In this document: positions 44,696 through 60,276 of the stretch, one piece after another
Numbering within the stretch: the stretch's first letter is position 1
Layout: each line of letters starts with the position of its first letter
Source of the DNA: the human T2T-CHM13v2.0 reference genome, Homo sapiens
Length of the DNA stretch: 64,000 nt
Assembly (NCBI RefSeq): GCF_009914755.1
Contig: NC_060931.1
Direction: 5' to 3' (one strand)
Position numbers and translations under genes: made by a program
Notes under the pieces: generated by a model
The model's input: only the letters and a program-made list of their open reading frames with translations
The model's database searches: none
What the model was told of the DNA's origin: nothing

Positions 44696-45889
44696 AGAGC
44701 AAAGCTCTCAACTCACTTTCTTTAGCCATTCCCAGTGCCTGCACAGGGTTGGGTACTTAATGATAAGAAACCAACAAACATTGGAGATCAACAAGACTAC
44801 AGTGCTCAACCTTGTTTGAACGGTGAGAAATGGAAGTACAGCAAGGCTAAAGAGATGACCCAAAACCTGGCAGCTGCTTGACAGGGAGCTGCAACCCAAA
44901 GCCAGCCCCTCTGATTCACCTGCAGTCCCTCTCTGCATCCACACGCTCAAAGCAGTGTGCCAAGCTCCACACAGCAGACGTGATGCAGCAAGCGGGAGGC
45001 AAACAGGATCTTCGTGAATCAAAGCAATCGGCTCATTAATTCACAATATTATCTCAGATATGTAATCAGAGGAAACAATGTGGGCTTAAAAGGTCACACA
45101 TAAATAAATAATTATATCAAGAAGACAACAAACGCCTTAGCTCCTGTAAACAGCAAAGTTTCTGTGATATACTCTGTGTTTACTGCAGTAGAGGCTACGT
45201 GGTCCAGAAAGAGGTGGAGGCAGGCAGAGCCCTGCACGGGAGCACTATGGGAAGAGTTTAAATGCTCTCCATAACTCCTCTTTATTCAGGTACTTGATTT
45301 CTCACAGGTGAAGGTGCATTAGGAACGCAATGCCATCTATTGATAATAAAGGCACTTTAAGGAACCATGGGAAAGAACTCATGCAGTGTTTCAATTGTAG
45401 AGGAATTTTTAGCAGAGAATATTTAGGAGCCGTGTTCACGGGCAGTGACAGGTGCCCCTCAGTCTGCAATGGTTCTGCTGAATTTCTACAAGCTCTTTGA
45501 GTAGCAGGTGTTTCATGAAAGCTAACTAAAAAAACTAAAGGCAGCCAGGGCACAAATGAAGCCTGGACTCAAGCAGAACACACAGGTGGAGACAGGCCTG
45601 CCGGGATTGTGCTATGGCCCCGGGGGCCCTGGCATGAAAGTTAAACATCCAGCTATCCTCTTAAGGCACAGCTCCCCCAACCTCCTGCCTGGTGGCTGCA
45701 TCTCACACATTTACCTAACACAGGGAAGACTCTGAAACCCACAATGGGGACCCACACTCCTCCCTCATGTTCTGCTCCACAGAGCCTTTCAGCTGAAACG
45801 GAGCAATGCTTCCCAGCCCCGACAGGTCTGAGCCTTCTCCAGAGACTCCCGTTTCTCACAGCACTGGAAAAAGCCTTCTGGGACAAGGC

Positions 45890-46055
45890 AGGCATGGGTT
45901 TGAGGTCTAGCTCTACCCGCTTCGCAAGCTACTTACCTTCTCATAGCCTCAATGTCCCAATACGTAAAATAAGTTTGCAGAGAATTAAACAGATTGTAAG
46001 GCACCTCACAAAGAGCCTGGCCCAAAGACTGTGTTCATTGAATGGCGGCCATTAT
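45890..46055. mobile_element. MIR fragment
   Basis: agcctcaatgtccc...gtaaaat...agaattaaa...gtaaggcac...gcctggc core. Confidence 0.5.
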
Positions 46056-48193
46056 TAAAAGAAGTTAATGTTTTGGCCACTAGTCACATCCCTATTCCAC
46101 TTGTATTATACATACAAGTGTACAAAACGCACACAAAAAAGAAACATGGCTTTGAAATATCCACGAAGAAGTTAGAGTTACTTCCGTCAACAAAACCCTT
46201 AAGAGTTGAGCTATGTATTAATAATCACATATTTATGCAAATAGTGTAAAGTAAAAGGAATCATTGGTACCCTGATTGTAATCCCAAAAGATTCCAAATA
46301 CGGTGGCTATGGGCTCAGAGACCAGTGACTAAGGCTTTGGGCTTCTGCATGAAGTATCTAAAAAGTGCAACCGGACCACACACGGGGTTGCTCACCAAGA
46401 GCTCCTCGCTCAGAGGGAACCAACTTGAGAGCATCGTGACCTGCTCCATGCTCTGCACTGAGTTCACCCAACGGAAGGCAGGAGAGTCAAGGCCAGTGTT
46501 TTAAGGCAGGGCTATCACGACCTCTCAGTCCATGGAGATGGCAACCCCAGGATCACGGGCTCACTAGTGTAATACAGGCGGCCAGGGCTGCACCTTCAGA
46601 GGGCAAGCTAGCCGGCCCCAGTACTACTAGTGCATCACTCATGCTCTCATACCTCCACAACCACGTGAAGCTCAAGTGAGGGAGAGGCCGTAATGGCATC
46701 TGCAAAGTCAAGTATGACATAAAGGAAAGGAACTGGTAGTAGTCACAGGAGCCCATAGCTTGGGAAAAGGCTCCAGGCTGTGTCATAATGCACAGGCTTT
46801 ATATGTCTGGGGTCAAAGGATGAGGAACTGAACTGCTGGGTGATGGGGTGATCTTCACAGTATTTGCAGGCAGGAGAAGAGCACTTCTCTGGTCTTTGGC
46901 TGCTGAATGCCATGGGCAGGGGAGCACACAGGGTGAGATTTAGAAAAAGAACCACTGCCATCTACCACTGGCCATCAGCAGAGGTAGGCCCTGGGTGGCC
47001 AGGAGAGTCAGAACTGGGATGGGCCAGTCCAAGCCCCATTGCTGGAAACTCTACACATCACACATAGGGCCTCACGTAGGGCCTAAATAGGAGGCCCTGC
47101 TTAGGATGAAACACTCACTAGGAGAGTGAGCAGTTGAGGCCACGGCAGCACCAAGGAGCATGTTGTCTGTGCCCAGGTTGGCCCCACCTCTGTGTAGCCA
47201 GAGTGAGCTCCATTGTCCAGGTTTGATATCAAGACCAGAGTCAAGGTTGGTCCAGGTTTCTGCAGCACTGACAGAATACACTCCTTTCGGTACCTGGTCC
47301 GCATGTCCCTCCGAGCATGAGGACAGCCAGGACAGAGTCACTGTGAGCCTGAGAGATAGTTTGTCCCTGCCAGTCAGCACTGGCCAGGGAAGCCCAGGCA
47401 GAAGCCTGCCAAGCATGTCTTATAGAAACCAAAACAGATACCTTTATTGCATACTTTGCACATATGAAGAATATATCTGTATAAAATTCTAAAGACTTTT
47501 GTCCAGACATTATATTTTTCTTTTCACCTTTATTCCTTTTACCATGCCCTGTAAACACCCCAGTAGGAGAAAAAAAGGAAACAAGTTAGTTCAGAACATG
47601 TTGTGCCTCGATTTATCTGTAGGTGACCTCCACTTGGGCACCAGCACAGAGCCACCACTGACAAGGTTCAAAGCTTTCACAGGGGAGAAGGAGCTGAGCC
47701 ACCAACAGATCTGGCCCAGGCGTGCAGCCCAATTTGTGAGCGAGTCTGCTAACTGGTAACATGTGAGCTGTTCATTTGGAGTCACACCTTAATCTCACTG
47801 TCCTGAACTCTTAGCTATGCCTAACCAGCAGCTGGCTAAGGACAGCCAGTTGGTCAATGAGCCTGATTCTCTGAATTTATTAACTCTGTACCCTCCAGAG
47901 TAGCATCTGTAAAAATTCAACCTACCTTTTCATTTTCAATTTACTTGTTTTTGCCTTAGATGTAAGAACAGTGGAGCTCTTGGGAATGACCAAGACCTCA
48001 AAGGGCCAAAGCTCAAGTGCCCACAGAGACGATCTCTGAGCAGTATGGAAAATGCTCAGGAAAACCCATCTGCCCCAGCAGCTGAAATTAACAACCTCAC
48101 TGCTTAAGTGTAAATAGGCTTGTTGGTCAAAAGGGGCATCACTGCAGGTTTGAAGTCCACCTGGGAGCCCTACACACAGGTGCCCAAACTTAC

Positions 48194-48337
48194 CAAAACG
48201 CACTTCCCGGGCTCGAGACTCCAGAGAGAACTCTCAGTGTTGATCTTGTGGGTGAGCTTCCCTTCCATGAGGACGCACTCCCCATTTTCCTCCAGCATGG
48301 CCACACGAATGGAGCTGCTGCTAAGGGCCACTGAGAC
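48194..48337 (-). CDS. NUDCD3: NUDCD3 internal coding exon (exon 4 by recalled numbering), CS/p23-like domain, VSVALSSSSIRVAMLEENGECVLMEGKLTHKINTESSLWSLEPGKCVL
   Basis: 144 nt, phase 0-0. Acceptor ttttcttctgctgtgtccccag|GTC and donor TTG|gtaagt on the minus strand. Peptide recognised as human NUDCD3 residues ~215-262. Confidence 0.97.
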
Positions 48338-49550
48338 CTGGGGACACAGCAGAAGAAAATCATCTCTCCTATCAGGGTGACCACTGGTGTGCTGTACGGT
48401 GGGAGTGGTGATGGTTTCCAAGGTACCTGACTGCACACTACAGCGCTGTCATCAGGCTCACCAGGCATCTCAGTGAAGAAAACCATACCAGCCTAATTTA
48501 TACCTAGAGCAACCTGAAGATGTCAGCTCATTTAGGTAAATCCACCAGAAAATCTTTCTCAGCATAACTGGTAACGTAAAATGCTGTGGTGGAAGCTGCT
48601 GTGACCCAATCTTCTTCTCCCTTCTCCAGTTAACGGAGACCAATTGTCACAGCAAAAAGTGAGCAGAGGAGACAAGTGGTATTTCTTCCTTGCCTCCCCT
48701 TGTGGCTACCTGGGAGACGCAGGAGCCCAGCCCTGGACCACAGCAACCAAGAAAGCTGAGGGGGCTGCACACCCTGAATTGCTCACCCCAGGACTGCTGT
48801 ACAAGAGACAAGCACCACCTCTTCCTTCCATGAGCCACTGCACTGCCTGGTTGACTATAGCCTGGTCTTCATCCAAGAGTATGAGACCAACTCCTTTGGT
48901 TTTGGAAGGCAGCTATGCTCACCAATATACCACCAACACTCGCACATGGTTTTGCATTTTGTCTTGGTTCTTTACAAAACCAAGCCTCTAAAAGCCTCAG
49001 CTCACCCTCCTCCCTCTGAGCCTGTCCTAGGCAGAGACTGGCCCCATGGCCTTCCCCACCGCCCTAGGAACACCTATCCCTGCCCCACCACTTGTCCGTC
49101 TCCAGAACTGGACTGGCAGCTGTGGGAGTAGGGTTCCTTTTACTTCATATCATGTATTCCAGCCAGCAGTCTCCAAAGCAGGGTATGCATACCCCAGGAG
49201 GTTCACAGGTCAGTAATTAGAAGAGGAAATAAAACAGAACTTCCATTTACATTTTGTATCTGTATAATGTATGCATTAAGAAGACACTGGGATCAAGTAC
49301 TTAAAACTTTTTTCTAATAGGTATGTGGAATAAAAATAATTTGGAAGCTACTCTCCATGTCATTTGGTAGATGGCTCATTAAACGCTTATAAAATGATTG
49401 GAAAAAAAGACAACCCAAACTGATAGATTTTCCAAACTGGAGTTTAGTATTTCCAATGAAATACAATACCATAACCTAACTGTAGTTTAAATATTCGTAA
49501 ATAAAAAATGGAAATGGGAGAAATGATGTGCAGGAGTCACCGCTGTCAGT

Positions 49551-49860
<310 letters not shown>

Positions 49861-51039
49861 TAGTTACTAAATGAAAGATAGTTCCTGAGCCATGCAGTGA
49901 GGGGAGAAGGTGGCAGAAGGCTGCCCACTGGGGGACACAGCGAAGATATTCTGCTAACCACAGGCGGCTCTGCCAGGTTCACATGCAGACTCCAAGGAAG
50001 CATCCTTTCATGAGATCGCAGTTCCACTTGCATGACCTTTCATAGGGGAATTTACCACGGAAAAGGGTATTTACTTGGCTAGTCCTATTGAACAATAGGC
50101 AACTGAGCTTCACTCCCTACCTTCTAACACCATGAGGAACGTGAGCAAATGGAACAACAGATCCACTCACTCCTGAAATGATCCAGACACATGTTGGGCC
50201 AAATCATGTCTAACCATGAACTTGTGTGCAATGGAAACACGACACAGAGGGCCCAAGGCTCCTCAGCCTGCCTTCACAAGAACAAGCTCACTTAACAAAT
50301 ATAATTCTCCCACCCAGCTCTATATAACATAATAATTTCCAAATTTGGGGAAGCTTCTCACACTGCCTACCCAGGGGAATGAACCAAATCATCAAGGGAG
50401 AAAACCAGACAAGAAATGCTTCCAGAGGTCCCAGGTGAAGATGTCACACTGGGAACAGACAGCCATCTCTCTGACCTCTTGTGAACTGCAGGCATAATAG
50501 GCATGAAGAGAAAAACCCCAGACAGTGAAAATGGGGGAAGAGGGAGGCCAGGAACAGATGAGATGTCAACAAATCTGCAGAAGACAAAAGGAGGAGGGGC
50601 ACAGGAGACAAATCCTATAGGGTAGGAGACATCCAGAAGCCACAGCTACATAGGCTCCAGTTGGGAGTCGGCAGGTATGCAGAGCAGGAGCAAGGCCAGG
50701 GGCACATGTGGGAACTGCTGTGGCCCTGGACGCCCCACTGAAAGGGACAGGAATCCCTCTGTTTGCTACAGAAGAATGGAGGACCTTGCTCCAAAGACAC
50801 TGACCAGCAGTCTGAGGACCTAGTGTGGATGCCTGTGTGTCAAGTGAAGTCCTACTCACTCAAGCATTAGGATGCCAAGACCCTATGTCCTATAAAGCAA
50901 AGCTGACTGGTCAATCCACTCAGCTGTCGGTGGTGGTGGGACGAGCAGGTTTCAGACACACAGTAGACAAACCCATCAATACGGTCCCACACTCAAGAGA
51001 ATGGGAGAAAAATATTTTTGTATTAAAAAAAAAAAAAAA

Positions 51040-51445
<406 letters not shown>

Positions 51446-54137
51446 CTATTTTATGTCTTCACAGAGATCTGAGAAGACACTATATCCATATAACCAGAAT
51501 AAAATATGAAAATAGAACAATTAGGCCAAAAAGAAAGAACACAAGAATTTAAAATACAGTAGCTAAAATTAAACTTCAATAAAGAGGCTGGAAGATAAAG
51601 TCAAAGAAATCAAGGTAGAAACACAGATCAATTCAGGCAATCAATTTGGCATTCCAGAAATTATGACAGTAATAAGATAATTTTCCAGAGCCAAAGGAAA
51701 ATATGCCTCCAGATTGAAAAGTCCCACCAAGAGCTAAGCAGAATGAATGAAAGACTCATGAAATTTTATGACACTGGGTGTTTTTAAAAAGGTCCTGAAA
51801 GTTCCAAGGAGGAGAAAAAGCTTACTCACAAAGAGATGGAATAGACTTCCAGAATCAATTACACAGAGTGTAAGAAGATATCCCTTTCAATCCTAACAAG
51901 GGAAAATTATTTTTAAGCTAGAATTCTACATACACCCTAACTGAGAAATAAGTGAAAAGTTAAAATAAATGCATTTTAAGATATACAACAATTCTACATT
52001 ATATATCACTTTGAGAAAAACAAAATGAGGATGAAAACTGAAAAAGAGGAATATCCAACTCAAGTCCAAAAACTGCATTTAATCTATAAACGCAGGAAGA
52101 AAATACCAGGAGTGTAGCTATACAGCAGAACAGGAAATAACCAGTCTAGAGTGGAGTTCAGGCAGAAAGAGATTTCTAGACAATACTCAGTATTAATGAA
52201 TCTGGGTAATTCTGAGGTTATGATGAAGTATACTATTTTTGATAACAAGATAAAAAAGAAGGGCAGCAAGAACCCTCAGGAAAACAAAAAAGATTTAAGA
52301 GATTCCTGATCCAAAGGATGTCAGTGAAAATGGTGGTTACTACAGGCCTCCAAAAAGCTCTCCTCCATAAAAGCAACCAAAAAGTTGGCAAAAATTGTCA
52401 GTATCAACTTCTTATGGATTTTGGAAACTAACCAAAGGTTTGCAGGAACCCAGGGAGCATTAATTCAAGGAAAACAACCACATCTCAGTAAGAACAGTGA
52501 GCTCTGTGATATTTTAATTTGGCCTAGACCCATCCCCACTCTCCAGGCTCTCAGCAGGCCGCATTCCTGGTACAGCGTAGCAGCCATCGCTGGAGAAAAC
52601 AGTGCTCTTAGAGCTCTTTCAAAGCTTCATTCTCAAAGAACTGTCATCATTTGACCTGTCTGATGGTTCCCTGTAAGACCTCATTTGCAAGACTGACTGA
52701 CTGTTTCTGGCTAAACTCAGAAAAGCCTTCCTCCCAACCCAGGAGTGTCTGTTGAAAATACGGCAAGTGTTTTAACTTTGCAGCCTCCTGAGGTGGCAGA
52801 TAACAACTGAGGCAAACCAAAGGCAAAGGTGGGAAATAAAATGTCCGTGGGGGCTTTGAAAAGCTTTGACATTTTCCCAGGAATCTAGAAAGACACATGA
52901 ATGTACAGAGCTTCACTGCACACTCAGGAAAAACCTAAGAAGGCCTTAAGCTCTCACCTCTGGCTGACTTTGACTCAACATCAGCAGGAAATAAAGGCTA
53001 AGGCAGTTTTTAACTGTTAGGCCAAGCAATGAAGGTATGCTCCAACAGGTAGATGAAGCCCCTCGACAAAAACAGGTGTTTACTGATCCCAGGAGTTTAA
53101 GGAAATCGCCATCTAATAATTACTTGGCCACTAAGTTCACCAAGTACAGATTTCACTGGTCAGACACAATAAAGAATACAAACTTTACAGAATTAGTTCA
53201 GAAAAGTCATTAAACAAGAACAACTATATCACGTACCAATAGCAACCATGGGAAGAAAGGAGCATCTGATTTCCTGAGTCACCCCATTGTGTTATTTAAA
53301 AATCCATTTCTCAATAACAGCAAAAAAAAAAAAATTAGACAAAGAAACAACAAAGTATGGCCCATACATAGGAAAAAGAAAGCAATCAATAAAATCTGTC
53401 CCTGAGGAAGCCCACATATGAAGAACTTAGCAGAAAACAGTCTCTAAATCACCTATTTTAAATATGCTCAAAGAGCTAAGAAAACTATGCAAAAATTACT
53501 AAAGGAAAGTATGGGAATAACGTCTTTTAAGTAGAGAATATCAATAAATATCAGTATCACTATTGATACTGATAACGAGATAGAAATTATTATTACCATT
53601 TTTTTAAGAATCAAATACAAATTCTGGAGTTCAAAAGTAAAAGGGGGAAAAGATAAGAGTTCATGAAAGGGGCTCAAAACCACTTTTTAGCATTTAGAAG
53701 AAAGAACAAGCAAACTTGAAGACAGGTCAATTGAGATTACCCAAACTGCGAAACAGGAGGAAAAAACAGTGAAGAAAAATAAACAGAGTCACAGAACCTG
53801 AGGGACACTATTAAGCATACCAACATACAGAAGAGAAAAGAAGAAAGAATATTTGAAAGAATAATGGCTAAAAACTTTCCAAATTTGACATGAAAAAAAT
53901 TACACCCAAGAAGCTCAATGAATTCCAAGTAAAATAAACTAAAAGGGAGCCAGCCTCACCTAGATGTCATAATCAAACTGTCAAAAAAGCCAAGTCAATA
54001 ATGAAGGAACAGAACAAAAACAAGGAATAAAATCTTCAGAACTTACTATAAAGCTACAGTAATCAAAACAGTGTGGTACTGGCATAAGGACAGGCATCTA
54101 TACAGATCAATGGAACAGAATTAAAAGTCTAAAAACA

Positions 54138-54726
<589 letters not shown>

Positions 54727-56401
54727 AAGTCTAGTAACAAACTCATATATTTATGATCAATTGATTTTAGACAAGAGTACCAAGACAATTCAATGGGAAA
54801 AGAATAGTATTTTCAAGTAATTGTACCATGAGAACTGAGTATTCACATGCAAAAGAATGAAACTGGTCTAATAATTCAAAATGAAGTTGGACAACTATTT
54901 CATAGCATATAATAAATTTTTTAAACTCAAAATGGATCAAAAACCTAAATGCAAGAGTTAAAATCTGTGATCTTGGGTTAGGCAATGGGTTTTAGATATA
55001 ACACCACAAGCAGCCAAAGCAAAAAAAAAAAATATTGACTTCATCAAAATTTAAAACTTTTATGCTTCAAAGAGTAGTATCAAGAAAGTGAAGACAACCC
55101 ATAAAATGGGAGAAAATATCTGCAAATAATGTATCTGACAAGGGTGTAGTATCCAGAATACGTAAAGAAGTCTTACAACTCCACAATAAAAAGGCAAACA
55201 ACCCAATTAAAACATGCATATGGACTTGAATAGGCATTTCGCCAAAGAAGATACACAAGTGGAAAATAAGGACATAAAAAGATGCTCAATGTTATTAGTC
55301 ATGAGGGAAATGCAAATCAAAACAATGAAATCCTACTTCATACCCAGTAGGATAGCTACAATTAAAAAACAAAACCAAAACAGACAATAACAAGGGTTGA
55401 TGAGGATACAGAGAAATAAGCACCCTCATACATTTCTGGTGGATCTGTAAAATATAAAATGGTACAACCACTTTGGAAAACTGTTTGACAGTTCCTCAAA
55501 AAGTTAATTATAGAGGTACCACATGACCCAGCAATTCCACCCATAGGTATATACCCTAGTGGTGAAGACAGAAAACATATGTCCAGAGAACTGGAAGCAT
55601 ATGTCCATGTATGGGTGGTAAAGGGAAAGATTGGAGGTACAAGTAGATGCACAGTGGGGAAATACAGAGACGCCTCTTTCTAGCCTCATTCCACAGGACA
55701 AGTCCTCAGATGCCAGCAAAGGACAAGCAAGGCAGTCTGAAGGAAGAAAAGAGATTGAGACCACCTTAGATACAATCTTGTGGCACACTCATGTTCAGGC
55801 AGATGCCATGTCACAGGCCAGAGGTCATCACCCTTAGGTTCTGATAAGAACTCTACCACTGAGGCCCCTCTAAGACTAGGAAGATATCCAGGAAGCTGAG
55901 CAATGTGTCCCTTACCAAACAATAAATAAGATGAAGATACACATGCAAGTACACTGTGTGTGGATATATCCAAAAAACACATCCACGTGTACTGAGCATA
56001 ATTAAAGTTATATTCGATGCAAAAACTGGTTTAAAACCCAGAGTACTCACAACCAACATGGCACAAAATCCTTATTCACATACAACTTGTAACAGATGGT
56101 GTATACAATCTAGATCATTTTATTACAATTTTTAAAAATCAAGTGTCCATTTTCAGCTTCAGTTGTATCTAATTTTGTTCAATTTCAAGTTCTATCTGTA
56201 TTTTTTAAACATTTGCATTTTAGAACGCCTGTATCTAATCAAATACAATGGGAAGATCAACTGTAAGTAATACAATTCATACTATGTTAGGCTGTTGGTT
56301 ATGAACAAATGAGATGGGGCCCAAATTGCCACTTAGAAGTCTTCTATGAAGAAAACAAATCATTTCATTTCTGCAACAATTAAATTAGAAACCATTGGCA
56401 G

Positions 56402-56751
<350 letters not shown>

Positions 56752-56927
56752 CTATTCTAATGGGGTAAAAAGATCAAAGTGGATTATAAGGCAGCAAGAG
56801 TTCAAATAACTGACCAAAGAAACTCTACCAAACGCAATCTGCTCCTATCTAATCCTGATTCAAATTTCAGAAGCCATGAAAAAACAAAGAACCAATTAAC
56901 TTGAATACATAAAAATTAGTAAGGTGA

Positions 56928-57128
56928 GGCTGGGCATGGCAGCTCATACCTGTAATTCCAGCACTTTGGGAGTCTGAGGCAGGGGGATTACTTGAGCCTA
57001 GGAGTTTAAGACCAGCCTGAACAACACAGGGAGACTCCATTTCTACAAAAAAAAAATTTTTAATTAATTGGGCATGGCAGTTCGTGCCTGTGGTCTCAGC
57101 TACCTGGGAGGCTGAGACGGGAGAATCA
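56928..57128 (+). mobile_element. 3'-truncated AluJ-like
   Basis: Left arm, linker and part of the right arm. Confidence 0.85.
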
Positions 57129-57129
57129 A

Positions 57130-58460
57130 TATAAATCAACTCAAAAGGTTAATAACAAAATGGGACAACAGATCTGCAATACATATCACCTACAAAGGAC
57201 TGATCTCTCTAATATATACAGAACTCCTAGAAATCAGTAAGAAAAAGTACAGCAACCTAATAGAAAATGGGCAAAAGATATAACTAGTTCAAAGGATAGG
57301 CACATGTAGAAAGATGCTCCACCTCACTCTAAGAGAAATACAAATTCATACTACACATAGATACTATTTTTCATCTATTCAACTTACGAAACCCCAAAAT
57401 TTGATAACATACTATTGTCAGCAAATTTGTGAAAAACCAAGGGCTCTTGTACATTGTTGATGGATATGTAAGTTAGTATAACCCCATATGGAAGATAGTT
57501 TAGCAACACTTACAGAAATTAGAAATACAGGCCGGGTGTGGTGGCTCACGCCTGTAATCCCAGCACTTTGGGAGACCAAGGTAAATGGACTGCTTGTGCC
57601 CAGGAGTACAAGACCAGCTTCTTGAGCAACAAAGGAAAACCCCATCTCTACAAAATACAAAAAATCAGCTGGGCATGGTGGTGCACGCTTGTAGTCCCAG
57701 CTGCTCAGGAGACTGAGATGGGAAGATTGCTTAAGCCTAGGGAGGACAAGGCTGCAGCGGGCCATGATGGGTAACAGAACAAAACCCTGTCTCAAAAAAA
57801 AAAAAGAAAAAAGAAAGAAATTAGAAATACATATACCTTTCAATATAGCAACTACACTTCATGGAATTTTTTCTATATGAAAATGCATATACGCAAAATG
57901 AAGTTTATTAAAGGGCATTGTTTTATTGTTTACAACAGGAAAGATTGGAAACAACCTAAATGTCCATTAACAAGAGGGTGGTTTAATAATCAGCCTATAG
58001 TTTGAAGGGGGCAAAAGCAAAGAACAGGAGTCCCAGGTGTGAGGGATGGTGGGTTTGGGGCACTTGAGCCAGATGACCAGGGAAAGCAAAGTCTACCTAG
58101 AATTTACTGGGCACCCCTCAGGCACTTGGGGACATGGAAGTAAAAAGAGATGGGAGTCACTTTGGTGCGGCCAAAATGACACTGGGCAGGGGCAGTAAGA
58201 TCATCTTAAAAAGTGGAATGCACCATCTGTGCTAAAGGTGGGGACACAGCAATACATGTTCATACTTGATTATACATGCATAAAAATATTTGTTGAAATA
58301 TCCCCAAAACCAGTTATGTGATGACTTAGGTTAGGGCTGGCTGGGGAGGGGTCAGGACAAGACAGAAAAGACACAGAGGCAGGATAGGGATTTTTGTGTT
58401 GTTATACAAGTTTTTGCTTTTGAACATATAAATGTGTTATGCACTCAAAAATTATGTAAA
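57130..58460 (+). mobile_element. Decayed L1ME-like 3' region
   Basis: aatagaaaatgggcaaaagatataa and ttggaaacaacctaaatgtcca motifs. Confidence 0.6.
57530..57815 (+). mobile_element. AluJ-like with internal deletion
   Basis: TSD agaaattagaaataca at 57514-57529 and 57816-57831. Confidence 0.9.
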
Positions 58461-59829
58461 TACAAAAATAATGCAGTCTATTAGTCTTTTCTGTTATGGA
58501 AGTTTCCTATAATAAAACGTTTTCCTGCATTTTTTCCTAAGCAACTTCTAAGAACACGTTATGGAGCTTTTAACACAAATTCCAGCACTTACATCAAGCT
58601 CACAGGCAAGGCCTCACTACGAATCTAAGCCTGGGGATCAGTTAGAGCCATAAATGACACACCTAGTGGCTAAGGTGGTGTTCCAAAAGGTACCCAAGGT
58701 GAGGACAAAGATGGCAGGTCACAACAGTGACTGCACCAGCCTGCAGGACCACTCACAATCTATGAGAGGAAGAAGACTCAAGGGAAACAGATTCACTTGT
58801 CACTCAATAACATCCAATCATGACTTCATTTGCAATAAGGCCATAAAACAGGGTGGAGGTGACGGGACCTTGGTTCTGGTCTATGATCTACCATCAACCC
58901 ACCATGAGAGTTTTCTCATCTGCAAAATGAGAGGTTAAACTAAAAATCTCTGGAGTTTAATTTTCAAAAGCATTCCAATTCTGTGATTCAATGAAATGCC
59001 AGGTTTATAATCACCCAGGTCTGACATGAGCAATCACAAAAACATCTGTCATTAACTCAAAGTTCCTTGTCTCTATTCTGTGGGTACACTGAAGAGAGAG
59101 AGAGAGGGAGTCAGCTGCTTTTCCTAAACAGAGCAGAGTAGATTGAGCAAAGAACATGTGATGGAAAAGACCTAACCACATTTTACTAATGTATGAAATT
59201 AAAAGCTTCATTTTGAGAAGTTTTCTTTCAGATTCACTAGCAAGATGATTTTTTTTAAATGTTACGATGTAAAATAGGAACACTTTCTAGTTTTCTTCTA
59301 AAGAACATAAAGCATTATGCATACACTCTTATTTGTCTCCTACTACCCTTGAGAGAGCAAGTGTGAACTCATCATACCCATTCTACAGAAAAGGGATCAA
59401 TGAGAAACTCCAGGAGAGGCAAAGCTCTGATAATGCCTGCATCAAGCTACAGCTGGAGAGTAGAGGATCTGGCTCTCCTGTGAAGCTCTATCCACAGCCC
59501 CAACACAAACACTGGGCTGCCTAAGCAAAGCCCCTGAATCACCAACCCAGAACAGATTCTGATTTTATCAGTTGAGTTGTTGCAGCCGGGGTTACCATCG
59601 TGACAATGTCCCATAGGTGCCACAGACAAAAAACAAAAATAAACACTGCTGACAGGCAACCGTGACAGGTAGACTTAGGGAATAACTGGCCAGGCCAGAA
59701 AGAAAGTACAGCTCTGAAGAAAAACACTTAGACAAGCAAAATCCAAGAGATACAAAATAAACTTTTTCCAAAGTTTTAAGTGAGGTACGACTAAAAAAAA
59801 AGTCATTCAGCAATTAAGAGACCAAGAAT

Positions 59830-60276
<447 letters not shown>

